Shown here in pieces: positions 29,325 through 40,389 of a DNA stretch of 64,000 nt. The DNA comes from an uncultured bacterium (GTDB taxonomy: Bacteria > Verrucomicrobiota > Verrucomicrobiia > Limisphaerales > UBA8199): NCBI GenBank assembly GCA_963749495.1, contig CAVVMW010000014.1:480001-544000 (forward strand), written 5' to 3'. The translations under genes were made by a program, and so were the position numbers. The first letter of the stretch is position 1. Each line of letters starts with the position of its first letter. The notes below the pieces were generated by a model. That model had not been told where the DNA came from. It ran no database searches and saw only the letters and a program-made list of their open reading frames with translations.

Positions 29325-30123
29325 ATCGAGTAGAGCAGAGGCGCGAACATGATTAGGCCAATGACTTCCAGTGTATCGGCCCTTTCGGGCATCGTGGCAA
29401 ACGGTCATCAAGCCATCCACTTCGTTTCCTCTGCCCCCTCTAAAATTCCGTACGGTGGGTTTTCCCCAGTACCGGCTTCAAACCCGCCTGACGCCACGGC
29501 CACCTTCGCGGGCGTGCTACCGCCCGCTTATAGGCCGTCACTGTCGGTATCTCCGTCCCCGGCGTTTGTTCCGTAGTCGGACTTGCGTCCAAGCGGCACC
29601 GAGAACCTCTGACCACGACCGCGGGTCCAGTGGCCCTTGGCTCCCCAACCGGTTATGCTGTCCGGTCGGCTCGTCGCTTACTATGGCCACATGTGCGCCT
29701 CTGTTGGCCACCCAGCGGCTTATGCATTATTCCGCCAGGCTGCGGGGCCAACCCGCCAGCCCCAGAGGGTCCCCAATTTACTCTGCCAGTCCTTTCACCC
29801 CATGCCGCCGCCCGTACTCCGGTGACTCCAACGATTGCCTGCGACGATGCCTTCATCGTTGGTTGTGCCTTCGCCGTTTTCGCACCGGTTCGGCAGTCAC
29901 AAATCCCACGAATCCGGAACCCGTGGGTAGCGTAACGAAGCTGCAGCTTTCGCTTTATGCTACGGCCTGGAGGTGTTGCTCGCCCTGCTCCGGCCAGGAC
30001 TTTTACGACCGAGCTTTCGCGGGTCGGGTCGCCCCTTCCCGTGTCGGTTATCACTGTATGGTTCATCGTCAGTTACCATCGCCGGACTTCCACCGGCTGG
30101 ACTGGCAGCCTTATGGGCTGCGA
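29325..30123 (-). mobile_element. ORF-less group II intron, copy 2 (799 nt)
   Basis: 5' TCGCAG, 3' CTACTCGAT; domain V at 29444-29478; colinear with copy 1, 3' half nearly identical, domain I diverged; excision restores aaccgcggaatacgcggaatacgcggaa. Confidence 0.92.
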
Positions 30124-30147
30124 GCGGAATACGCGGAATACGCGGAA
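30124..30147 (-). repeat. 9-mer tandem repeat (gcggaatac)n forming the 5' exon of intron copy 2
   Basis: gcggaatac gcggaatac gcggaa; inverted relative to 29099-29162. Confidence 0.85.
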
Positions 30148-30390
30148 ATGAACAGGTCTAATGGTTACTAGTTTGTCCCGTACCCGTGGGGATCGGCGCG
30201 ATGACATTCAGAAAAACCCGCCATTGCCGCTTCGCGGGCGGCCTAAATCCACCCCATCGATAGCCGGCCCAAGCGTAAAACTCCGCATTGTCCGAACAGT
30301 CCGCGCTGTCCGTGGACAGGAGCGGTCGAGGCGGCGCATAGTGGCGTCCATGAGAAACGCAACTGTTCAGGTGGCTACACAACAAGTGCC

Positions 30391-30446
30391 CTGCCGCCTA
30401 AAGGCGGCGTTCCGCCCGCTCTGGGAACGCCGCCTTCAGGCGGCAG
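30391..30446. repeat. REP-like inverted doublet
   Basis: ctgccgcctaaaggcggcgttcc / ggaacgccgccttcaggcggcag. Confidence 0.8.
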
Positions 30447-30753
30447 CGCGCTCGTGTGCAAGGGCGCATCCCCAGGCACCTGAACAGGAGCGCTGGGAAC
30501 GCCTGCGCCAACTCCTGCCCGAACGCTCCCGCCTCCGCCGCGACGGCCACCGCTTTCAATCCCTCCAACTGGACCGCCGCCGTGCTGACCGCATCGAAGC
30601 CGAGGCCCAAGCCAGGCAAGCCCAAGCCGACTTCCGTGCCCGCATCCTCCACGCAGCCGGGCAGCAATCCCTCTCCGAGCTCCTCGCCTCTGGCGACCCG
30701 GCCCTCCGAGCCCTGGGCGCTGAATTCTCAAAATGCGTCGCCGCCGAGGAGAG

Positions 30754-30835
30754 GAAACGTGAAACGTGAAACGTGAACCCTGAACCCTGAACCCTGAACC
30801 CCGAACCTTAAACCCAATTAAACTCAATTAAACCT
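30754..30835 (+). repeat. Heptamer tandem repeats followed by short AT-rich repeats
   Basis: (gaaacgt)3(gaaccct)3 gaacccc gaacctt then aaacccaatt aaactcaatt. Confidence 0.85.
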
Positions 30836-30872
30836 CTTCAAGGCTATGAGCCGTATTGGCGCGCCGCTATTT

Positions 30873-30932
30873 CAGCAATTCTTTAAGATTTCTTTCACGC
30901 GAAGCCGTGAAAGAAATCTTAAAGAATTGCTG
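30873..30932. repeat. Perfect AT-rich 27-bp hairpin with 6-nt loop
   Basis: cagcaattctttaagatttctttcacg-cgaagc-cgtgaaagaaatcttaaagaattgctg. Confidence 0.9.
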
Positions 30933-31013
30933 CGAAGTGGCTGTCCTGGCTTGACCTGCATCGGGTCCGATGCAGAATCCAGTTGCTGGCCGGATAAGCC
31001 GGAAACCGGACCT

Positions 31014-32137
31014 ATGTGGAAAAGAGTGGTAGTGGGCTGCGCGATGTGCCTGCTGGTGGAGGCGCACGTGGGGAATGGCGCGCCAACGGCACACCGATTC
31101 TCGTTCGGCGGGCCGGACAACTCCGAGTTTCTGCTCGACGGACGACCGTTTCAAATACGGTCGGGCGAGGTGCACCCGGACCGGATTCCGCCGGAGTACT
31201 GGCGTCATCGCCTCCAAATGGCGAAGGCGATGGGGTTGAATACCGTCGCGATTTACGTGTTTTGGAACGCTCACGAATCCGAGGAAGGCCGCTACGATTT
31301 CAGCAGCGCCCCGCGCGACATCGGGAGATTTCTCCGCCTTGCGCGCGAGGAGGGTCTCTGGGTCCTCCTGCGCCCTGGTCCGTACTGCTGTGGGGAGTGG
31401 GACTTTGGCGGCATCCCGACGTATCTGCTGCGCTACCCCGAGCTGAAACTGCGCACGCTGGCGGACGCGCATTACGTCAAAGCCGTGGAGAACTATCTGA
31501 AGGCGCTGGCCAAGGTCGTGCGCCCGCATCTGGTGGAAAACGGCGGCCCCATCCTGATGATCCAGATCGAGAATGAAAACTGGTTTTCGCCAACCTGGAC
31601 GATTATGGACAGGTGTTCCTGAACGGCTCCTTTGTCGGGACGCTGAACCGCCGGCTGGGCCAGCATGAGATTGAGCTTCCCGCCTGCGGCGGAGAAGCAA
31701 TCCTTGAAATTCTGGTCGAAGCGATGGGCCATATCAACTTCACCATCGGGATGGATTCGGATCGCAAGGGGATTTATGGTGAGGTAACGCTCGGCGGCGC
31801 AGCGCTGAAGGGCTGGCAGATGTTCCCGCTGCCCCTCTCCGAGGATTGGGCGATGAAGACGCCGAAGACCACGCCCATCTCGGGCCGTCCCGGGGGAATC
31901 TTCAGAGGGCGTTTCAGGCTCGACCATCCGGCCGACACGTTCCTGGACCTGTCCAAGTGGAACAAGGGCGTGGTGTGGGTCAACGGCCACAACCTGGGCC
32001 GGTTCTGGTCCATTGGGCCGCAGCAACGGCTGTATTGCCCGGCACCATGGCTCAAAGCCGGGACCAATGAGATCCTGGTCCTCGATCTACATTTGACTGA
32101 ACCACAGCCAATCGAGGGGAAGACGGAGCGAAACTGA
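31014..32137 (+). pseudogene. GH35 beta-galactosidase with large internal deletion and frame change near 31580-31615
   Basis: FLLDGRPFQIRSGEVHPDRIP...LRPGPYCCGEWDFGG...GGPILMIQIENE, then VFLNG...ILVEAMGHINF...KGVVWVNGHNLGRFWSIGPQQRLYCP. Confidence 0.9.
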
Positions 32138-32189
32138 ACCCGGAGCCTAGAGGCGCGACAAGGTCGTCATCAACCAGGATGAGGTCGAG

Positions 32190-33073
32190 ATGAACGAGGA
32201 GGCCCACGTGGAGGGACAAGACCGCCTCAGCACCAGGACCTATCATACTCGGCACGGCAAACTGACCGAGCGGCTGCGTTATCTATGGGCCGAGTCCACG
32301 CTGGTTCAGGAGGTCTTCACTTTGGAGAACGCAGCCGACCCGCCGGGCGCCCTGGAGGAACTGCTGCGGGCGCGCCGCTGGCGTTTTCGGCCGGAGCGAT
32401 ACGCGCGGGAACAGGCGCGCGTGGGCAAGGACGGCCTCGTCATTGCGGGCGAGTTGTGGAGCCACTCAAGGCGCTGCACCTCCTGGCCGGGGCGGTCCAA
32501 GCGACCTACTTGATCGCCGACCAGCAGGAGCGAGTGCGGGAGTTGCTCGCACTGCATGAGAGAGCGCAACTCGACCTGGTGCGCCAGATGGCCGCTGCCG
32601 GTGTGCCGGCGATGATGGCTATGGACAACCTGGACACGGCCTTCCACACGCCCGCTTACGTGGAAAAGTTCTCAGCGTCGTTTTATGAGAAGGCCAGCGC
32701 CATTGCTCACGCGCACGGCAGCGCGTTCTTCATTCATGCTTGCGGGCGGCAACGGGCCAACCTGCGGTTGATTGATTCCTTAGGCGTGGACGGCCTGGAA
32801 GGGGCGGCTTTCCCGCCCTTGGGCGATGTCGAACTGGACGAGGCCTTCCGGATGACCAGTGACCGCTTTTTGATCACCGGCGGCATCAGCGCGTTCCAGA
32901 CCCGCGAATTACACTCACGCCAGGAGGTATTTAGTTATGTGCGAGGCCTGTTGGAGCGTCTCCAACCATTCGCCCACCGGTTCGTCCTGGCGTCAAGCTG
33001 CAACACCGCCATCGACGCCCCGTGGGAAACGCTCAAGCATTTCCGGGATGCCTGGCAGGAATTGGGCGGTTGA
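32190..33073 (+). pseudogene. Uroporphyrinogen decarboxylase-superfamily protein, 5'-truncated and frameshifted near 32460
   Basis: YHTRHGKLTE...; MDNLDT...FFIHACGRQ...PPLGDVEL...ITGGI...FVLASSCNT. Confidence 0.75.
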
Positions 33074-33991
33074 TGTGTCGAGAACCTCCGCCGGTGGTGG
33101 TGAGCCGCAGAACAGGTCTGCCGGCCTGAGAGCCGCTAGGGGAAGGTCCGTCCGCCAGCCTCCGGGCTGGTGCTGTCCCGCGCCCGGAGGACCGATGCCA
33201 CCGGCCGCGCCAGACACCAGGGGAGGAGCCGGACCCAGGGCGGAGAGCCGCGCCGCTGGAGGAAACCGACCCTGGGTTGGCCGAGGCCTTCCGGCTCATC
33301 GCCGACGGCCTGCACCCGACCATCCGGGGCTTCTCGGCCTCGGTTTCTGGTTAGTCCGCCTCCGGACCACAACGAACGGCGCGGCGAATCCCAGCACCTC
33401 GAAGCCGCCGGCCAAGTCGGCCGCGTCCCAGACCGGGCCACGACGCGCCTCCAAGCAGGAACGGCCCATCGCTTGAGAATTGATTTGGGTCAGGAGCCTC
33501 GGCCTGCCATCTTCCGTCGGATCCGGTTCCAGTCGTTCCATGATTGCATCTCTTGTGCATGCGATTTTTTCGTTTGGCGCGGTTTGGAGAGGCGGCGGTC
33601 AACCGTGTGCTCCAGGCAGCCGCCGGGGCTGCGCCCCGGTTCTGGTCCCCAACAACATGTCTGTTTACTGAGACTTTTCCCTGAGAGTCCTTGCGTCCTT
33701 AGGAATGGCCTCGGCCCCCTCCTTGGCTATGTGCTGCGTAGCGCTCATGCCCCAGTCCTGCTACGTGGGTCGAGGCCCCGGGGCTCACATCGAATAGAAA
33801 GGAAAGCTAATGATCAAGAGATCGGTTATCTCGCCATAATGCACCGGTCGTCGTTCTGCGAGGCCGTGTTACCTGACATGTCCGCGATCGAGGTCCAGCG
33901 CCACGCCAAGGGGAGGGATAAGAAGCAGACTGAGGGGATTCTGGCCTTCTGATACGTGATCAGAAGGGCTTTCGCGGAGCCTCTCGAGCCA

Positions 33992-34594
33992 TCAACCGAC
34001 CCATTCGACTTCCGCCTCGATGGCCAGCCCCGTCGCTTCCTGGACGCGCCGCCGCAACTCCGTGGTCAGCTTGACCACGTCGGCCGCCGAAGCACCGAGC
34101 TGAGCCACCACCACTAGCGCCTGCTTCTCGTAAGTGCTCACCTTCCCCAGGGCAAAGCCGCGGACCTTGCAGACCTTGTCCAGAATCCATCCCAGAGGGA
34201 GTTTGATCCGGCCGTCCGGTTCGGGATGTCCTGGCAGCCCAGGGTGCTCCTGCTTGAGCTTGTCGAAGGTCTGGCGCGGCACGACAGGGTTCTTGAAAAA
34301 CGAGCCGGCAGTGCCCCAGAGCCTGCAATCCGGCAGCTTGCCCCGGCGCACCTCGACCACCGCGTTGCGCACCTGACGCAGGGTCGGCGCCGGAATGCCG
34401 TGCGCCGCGAAGTGCTCAGTCAGATAGATGTTCGACCCACCGCCCAGCACGAACAGCGGCAGCCCCCGGACCTGCGCCAACCGGAGCGCCTCCACCAGTG
34501 CGTCCTCAGACGCGACCCGGCAAAAATAGCGCGCCGGCCCACCGATCCGGAAGGTCGTAAGCGGCGCCAGAGGAACTTGTTCCTCGAATATCAT
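33992..34594 (-). pseudogene. murB: MurB with in-frame internal deletion of most of the FAD-binding domain
   Basis: LTTFRIGGPARYF...VLGGGSNI fused directly to ...RRGKLPD...GTAGSFFKNP...KQALVVV...IEAEV. Confidence 0.9.
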
Positions 34595-34699
34595 GGGACC
34601 GCAGCGTATCAAACCCGCAGCAAGAACCAAAGCACCTGTGGTTTGCGACGCTGCTGGGTAAGCTCAAAGCCCGCGCACGGCCTTGGCCGCCATCTGCTC

Positions 34700-37303
34700 C
34701 CAGAGCTGACCTGACTCGAATGGGGAACCACCTTCGCCGGAGATTCACCGAGGCGTCCAATGCGACCAACCAGGATACGGCCGCGGTGAAAAACGTTTCC
34801 ATCCAGCGCGGGCTGGTCTGACGCATCGGCGTTAAGTCTCCCGTGGAAATCCAAAGCAGATTTCCCTCAAACGACGGACGCCAGGTGTCCCAGGCATCCG
34901 GGATCCACTCCTTTGCGACCGTGCATGCCTCCACTGGCCCCGTGTCATGGGTCCGTATCTTCGACGCATCCACGTCCCATACCGGCCGAATACTGGGCCG
35001 CGCGTGCCACGCGACCCTGCGTTCATCAGGTGACACGGCAACCTCCTGAATGACCATTCCACTCTCCAGCAACTTGCCTTTGATCCGCAATTCGTCAGCA
35101 GCGTCAGCAGACTTGCCCCGCCTGTAGCTATAACCGCCTCCGATCTCAGCATCTTCAACGAGACGCCGTTCAACAAGGTCAGTACCGGTACTGACCTAGC
35201 CGGCCAAGGACCAGGCGCGGCATTTCGCCTTTGTGCACCTGGCGGAAGAACGGCGCGCTATATTCCAGTTCGAACGGAGGAAGCCGGCAAATGTCCGTTA
35301 TCCGATCCGGATCAAGATCCACGCGCGCCAGGATCATTTCAGCCTCCGTCGGATATAGCGGGGCAGCCTTCGCTCCCAGCATGGGCATCGACATGTGATT
35401 CTTGGACACGTCACGCACCACCAAGAGGGTCTTGGGGTCGAGCCAGCAAAAGGGCGGGCCGTCGGCTTCGGGAGCGCCGCCGGCGAGGAACTCCATTGCC
35501 TCTACCGATATTCCGGGGGCCTTGATCGTCCCGCCATTGACGGCGACCAGGCGTAGTTGGTACGTGGACGAAAAAGCAGAGCTGTTACTCCGGCAAAAGT
35601 ACGCCAACCATTTGTGGTCGGGAGAAACTTGGAGCACCCGAGGCCACCTGCCCAATGAACCAACAACCGGCGGGTGCGGCACTGTTGCAATGTCCCGGTA
35701 TGCCTCTGTTTCTGCGTCATAGACCCGGATCAAGGATGGAATCCAGGACGGCCCCCCTGGTTGCGAGATGAACACGTATAGCCTTCGATCGCTCCACGTG
35801 CATGAATCAATGCTCCAGTCCACCTCTTGGGCCGTTCCAGTTTCGAGGTCCACGGTTATCAGCAGGCCCAGCTTGATGGCGTAGAGCTTTCGGTTGCAGA
35901 CCCCCAACGGGTGCCAGCCAACCGACAGGTTGAATTCCGAATAGACAACCCGCGAATCGAAGCCATCGCGGGTCACCCGGACCAGAACCAGAGAATCGGA
36001 CTTGGCGCCGCCGTCAGCCCAATCATGCCGAAGGTAAAGGAAGTGCTCGTAAGAATCGGGCAAACGGGCCTGAGCTGCAGCCTGATGCGTGGAATCGGTC
36101 TCCATGGGCGCAGCGCCAACCCCGCCGCCCGCTTCGGCCTTCCCCACCGCTTTGGCGAACCGCCCAAGCGAAGCGCTCTGGCTACGAACGCCGGGCAGCA
36201 GTAGGAATCCCATGCCCAGGAGGAGGGCGAGGCCGACGGCCGAGAGCCGGTAAGCCCGCGGCAGGCGCGGGTCCAGGATGCGCGCAAAGCGACGGCCCAA
36301 GGGATGCAGGCGTTCGCCGAACCCCAGCGCTCCGGTCAGCGGCTCGGGACGGCCAAATTCAACGGCCGCACGCAGGAGCGTGTCGCAGTAGAGATCGCCG
36401 GAGGTCACTCTCCGCGCCAATAACAAATCATCGCAGCAGTCCTCCCGCGCCTTGCGCACGGCCTGGTTCAACATCCATAGCAGAGGATTGAACCACCAGA
36501 TCGCTTGCAGCCAGAGCTGCGCCCAGTTCACCCACAAGTCGCCCCGGCGGACATGGGCCAATTCATGGGCCAGGATGACCTTCAGTTCCTGTTCCGAAAG
36601 CCGCGACAGGTTCATCGCCGGCATGAGCACAGTCGGGTGAAGGACTCCGAAGGCAACGGGGGCCGCAAGCCGGTCCGAGACTCTTAGCGCGGGAATTCGC
36701 TTGATTCTCAACTCGACGGCCAGGGAGGCTCAGCATGAGGTGCAGTGGCCCCTCCGCCATCGGACGGCTGAGGCGCACCGCGCCGCGGAGGCGGCTCAAT
36801 TGCCGCGCAACCCAGGCCAGCATTGCCGCAAAGCCCGCAAGGTGCAGGAGCATGAGCCAAGCCGTCCGATGGAGTCTCGGGCCTGGAGGATCACCCGCCC
36901 GTACTGGAGTCTTGGCCGTGTGGGCGGCGAACCCGCTCCAGGCCAGTGGCCTCGCCAGGCTCAGACCGGGGCCGGGAGCCGCCTGGGCGGGAGCGCCCAG
37001 GGCGAAGTCGGAATCGCGGGCCACGACAGTCGAGGGCTGGGCCGGGTTCAGCGGGGCTGAGGCTGCCATGCGCGGACCCAGGTGGCTGAACGCCCCGAAC
37101 GGCACGGATAGGAACGGCGGGACGGCGAACTTCAACAAGGCCACCAGCAGCAGCCCGTAACGCCAGGGCGCCGGCCACTTCCGCCCCAGGGCGGCCACGC
37201 CGAGGAGGATCGCGGCCGTGAGCGCCGCCTGCCAGGTGGCGTGCAGCGTGTATTCCCACCAGGCCGGCGAACATTGGTTTAAGAAGTGGACGAGACTGTT
37301 CAT
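34700..37303 (-). pseudogene. BlaR1/MecR1-like M56 metallopeptidase with extracellular domain; frameshift near 36715, stop at 35179 and a further shift
   Basis: WRYGLLLVALLKFAVPP; ILAHELAHVRRGD...WWFNPL...REDCCD; 3' end approximate. Confidence 0.85.
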
Positions 37304-37707
37304 TTTGGGTCCCCCTTTTCCGAGCGGTTCTGACGCCGCAAGTCATCCAACATGGCCTGCAGCTTCTCCACCTCCCGGCCCGTGGGCGGCCGGGTCTCGA
37401 AGAGCGAAGCGACCAGCGAAACCGGGTCCCCCTGGAATACCCGGTGCACGAGGTCTCGCAGCAGATGAGTGAAAGTGGATTCCCGGGGCTTGGTGGCATG
37501 ATAGACAAAGGCCTTCCCCACAGGACCCTTCTGCTTCGCGACCAGCCGCTTTGCCTCCAGCCGCTTGAGCAAGGTGAGCACCGAACCATGGGCCATGGGC
37601 CGATAACCGCGAAGGCCCTCGCGGATCTGGCGCGCCGTGGCCCCCGGAAACCGGTAAACGCAAGCCAGCACGTCCCGCTCCGCCGGTGGCAACCGAACGT
37701 CTTTCAT
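37300..37707 (-). CDS. BlaI/MecI/CopY-family repressor
   Basis: LPPAERDVL...SVLTLLKRLEAK...LVHRVFQGDPVSLVASL; ATGA overlap with the M56 gene. Confidence 0.92.
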   Translation of the reverse strand: MKDVRLPPAERDVLACVYRFPGATARQIREGLRGYRPMAHGSVLTLLKRLEAKRLVAKQKGPVGKAFVYHATKPRESTFTHLLRDLVHRVFQGDPVSLVASLFETRPPTGREVEKLQAMLDDLRRQNRSEKGDPK

Positions 37708-37892
37708 AAAAAACCGTCTCGCCGATGGGCGGCGAAGTTCACGCCCGCCCCAAAGGCTCGGCCCATTATTTAGACCTTTGTCTATTTTGTCAATAGAAAA
37801 ATCAAAAGCCGCGTAACGCCCACAATCGGGTCCGGCGGGAACTTGAAGGTGACCAGGGACTCGATTCTTGCACATAAGCTCCAGCGGCCACC

Positions 37893-39986
37893 TCACTGAT
37901 GCCACTCCCCGAGGAAGGGGGCGTAGAAGCTGCGCCACTCGCGATTGAACCATGCAGGCGAGGATGGAAAGCCCTCCTGGCCCATAGCGTCCACAGCCAC
38001 TACATAGTAGCGGCGGGTGGATTTGCCGGCAGTCGGGTCCTGGCAGGTGAGGGCGGTGATGGGTTCGGGGCTCAAACGCGAAACGGGTTCGTTGTCGTAG
38101 CGGCCGTCCATGCGATAAACCCGGTAGCCGCGGATGCCTTTTTCGAGGTTGGCGGACCACTTGAGCTGACAGGTTTGACCGGTTTCCCTGCTGAAGAGCC
38201 ATTGCGGGGAGGAGGGGATGGTGAAGCAAGCGGGTGAAGGGCCGCTCTGGAGACCCGCGGTGCTTACGGCGCGGACGCGGTAGACGAAGACCGCCAGGCG
38301 ATACGGTTTGCCGGTCATGTCCAATTCCTGGGAGGAGAACCGGCGCGTGTGAGCAGGCTCGTCCCCGGCGGGCTGTGACTTGGTGAGATCGATGGTGGTG
38401 TCGGAGAAGCGGGTCTCTTTCAGGGGAGCCGTGGTGAGCCGACTAAAAGGTCCGATGCGCTGGATGGCGCCCACAGACGGCTCAGCCAAGGGCGGAGTGT
38501 TTCTCTTGAGGCGCTGAAGTTGGTCTTCGCTCAGCACCTCGACCGCAGCTCGCTCGACGTGGTAACCGACAATAGTGGGATCGTCCGGCGGTTTCCAGTT
38601 CAGTTCCACGCGAGTGGGCGAGAGAACGGCAACAACAACGTCTTCGACCAGAGGCGGCTGAGGGTGGGCCTTTGGCGCCGGCCAACTGAACGCAAGGCCC
38701 GGCGTTGCCTGGGCGTAACGATAGGTCCAGACCTGTTGCTCGCGCGGCTTGCTGGGGCAGTTTTCCAGAATGGCGAGGTCCAGTTCAGGGGCAAACACGA
38801 TCTGGCGGGCGCGGCTGCCGGAGGGCTCGGGCTCAGGGGTGGGACTGAGTTTGGTCCACGTGTTGGCGGCGGTGTCATAGGCCCAGGTCTCGAGGCGGTG
38901 TTGCGCCTGTTCGTCCTGGCCGGTCGTCAGCTTCACGAGGGCGAGGACAATCCGGTTGAGCGGATCATACGTGAGCACGGCATCGTTTTGACTGGTAGGC
39001 GGCATCACGGCGGGCCGGGCGTCGCGCCATTCGTTCTTGCGCAGGTCATAGAGCCAGGTGTGCGGATCGTCGGTGAACTGGGCGCCAAAGAGCACGTGGA
39101 CCTTGCGCGCGGCGTCATAGGCCATCTGGCCGCCACTGCGGAATTCGGGCTGGACCTTGGGGCGCATCCAGCGCCACTCATTCAGGTAGGGATCGTAAAC
39201 GAGGGTGCCTTCCTGGCTGCCCTCGCCGCCGAACACCACCACCACTTGCTCGTCCGCGTCCCACGATGCGCAGCGCAACGGGGCCAGGTGGGGAGCAGGC
39301 AATGGCCGCAGGTTGCACCAGGTATTCTGGTCCAGGTCGTAGGTCCAGACCGAGGAGTCATTGAGGTAAAGCTCGCGCCGCCATTGCCAGCCGTGGCTGC
39401 CGCTGAAGAACGGGAAGCGAAGGTAACGGCCGCGCACCGGATCGAACACGTTTTGCGAGTTGCAGCACACCCCCGGGGGCGAAAGGTTCGGTTCCTTGAG
39501 CGTCCACCTCGCGCCGACCAAATCAAAGGTCCAGACCTCGGCTCCCTGTTCGCCGCCACCCCCTTGGTTATGTCCGCCGTAGCGGAGCAGCAGGTGATGC
39601 CTGGTGTCCCACACGCAGGCGCCTTCATAGCCCAGGCGCGGCGAGGTCGGGCTCGTGGCCAGCGGCGTGCGTTTGACCCAGGCATTGACGGGCTGATCGA
39701 GGTCGGAACCCAACGAGGTGGACGCCGTCAAAATCAGGAGCCAGGCCCAAAATCGTGTGCAAGGCCCTGCGGGCGTCGGCTGAGTTTGGGTCGGATAATG
39801 GCTGAACAGCAGCGCCCAATCGTCGCAGGGCACACGTGGATGCGCCGCTCCTTGCAGCCGCTCCTGTTCCTCGAGCAAATGCTCGTGCGTCTCGATCAGC
39901 GGCGCCTGGAATACGCGCTCGGAGATCAATTTTCGGACCTCAGTGGACGGAGTCGCCGCCCGCAAGTCGCACGCCAAAGGCTCCAC
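37893..39986 (-). CDS. Kelch/beta-propeller + fibronectin-III protein; N-terminal ~65 aa resembles a fused amidohydrolase fragment
   Basis: Repeated ...FGG...TW.YD blades; VELNWKPP...GYHVERA; N-terminal IETHEHL...LFSHY. Confidence 0.75.
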   Translation of the reverse strand: MEPLACDLRAATPSTEVRKLISERVFQAPLIETHEHLLEEQERLQGAAHPRVPCDDWALLFSHYPTQTQPTPAGPCTRFWAWLLILTASTSLGSDLDQPVNAWVKRTPLATSPTSPRLGYEGACVWDTRHHLLLRYGGHNQGGGGEQGAEVWTFDLVGARWTLKEPNLSPPGVCCNSQNVFDPVRGRYLRFPFFSGSHGWQWRRELYLNDSSVWTYDLDQNTWCNLRPLPAPHLAPLRCASWDADEQVVVVFGGEGSQEGTLVYDPYLNEWRWMRPKVQPEFRSGGQMAYDAARKVHVLFGAQFTDDPHTWLYDLRKNEWRDARPAVMPPTSQNDAVLTYDPLNRIVLALVKLTTGQDEQAQHRLETWAYDTAANTWTKLSPTPEPEPSGSRARQIVFAPELDLAILENCPSKPREQQVWTYRYAQATPGLAFSWPAPKAHPQPPLVEDVVVAVLSPTRVELNWKPPDDPTIVGYHVERAAVEVLSEDQLQRLKRNTPPLAEPSVGAIQRIGPFSRLTTAPLKETRFSDTTIDLTKSQPAGDEPAHTRRFSSQELDMTGKPYRLAVFVYRVRAVSTAGLQSGPSPACFTIPSSPQWLFSRETGQTCQLKWSANLEKGIRGYRVYRMDGRYDNEPVSRLSPEPITALTCQDPTAGKSTRRYYVVAVDAMGQEGFPSSPAWFNREWRSFYAPFLGEWHQ

Positions 39987-40014
39987 CGCGTTACTCGCGC
40001 TCGGGGCGAGCGCA

Positions 40015-40363
40015 GGCCGAGGCGGAACGGGCGGTGCCCGAGATTTTGACGCGCCTCGAGCAACTGCTGGCGGAAACCGGCCTCAAAGACGAGGAAATCG
40101 TCCTCCGCATGACCGGCTGTCCAAACGGTTGCGACCGCCCGCTCCTCGGGGAGATCGGATTGCTCGGCAAGGCGCCCAACAAATACAACCTTTACCTTGG
40201 TTGCAGTCGGGCCGGCACGCGGCACAACCGGTTGTTCAAGGAAAGCGTCCGGACCGACGACCTTATGAGTGAGCGCCGCCCCGTATTGCTGGGCTTTGCT
40301 CAAGAACACCGGGACCGCGAACCGTTTGAGGATTTCTGTCAACGCGTGATTCTCGTGAAGTGA
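40015..40363 (+). pseudogene. cysI: Sulfite reductase hemoprotein C-terminal fragment
   Basis: AEAERAVP...RMTGCPNGCDRPLLGEIGLLGKAPNKYNLYLG. Confidence 0.88.
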
Positions 40364-40389
40364 CTTTCTGGCATAGTTCGCGTGCGGAA

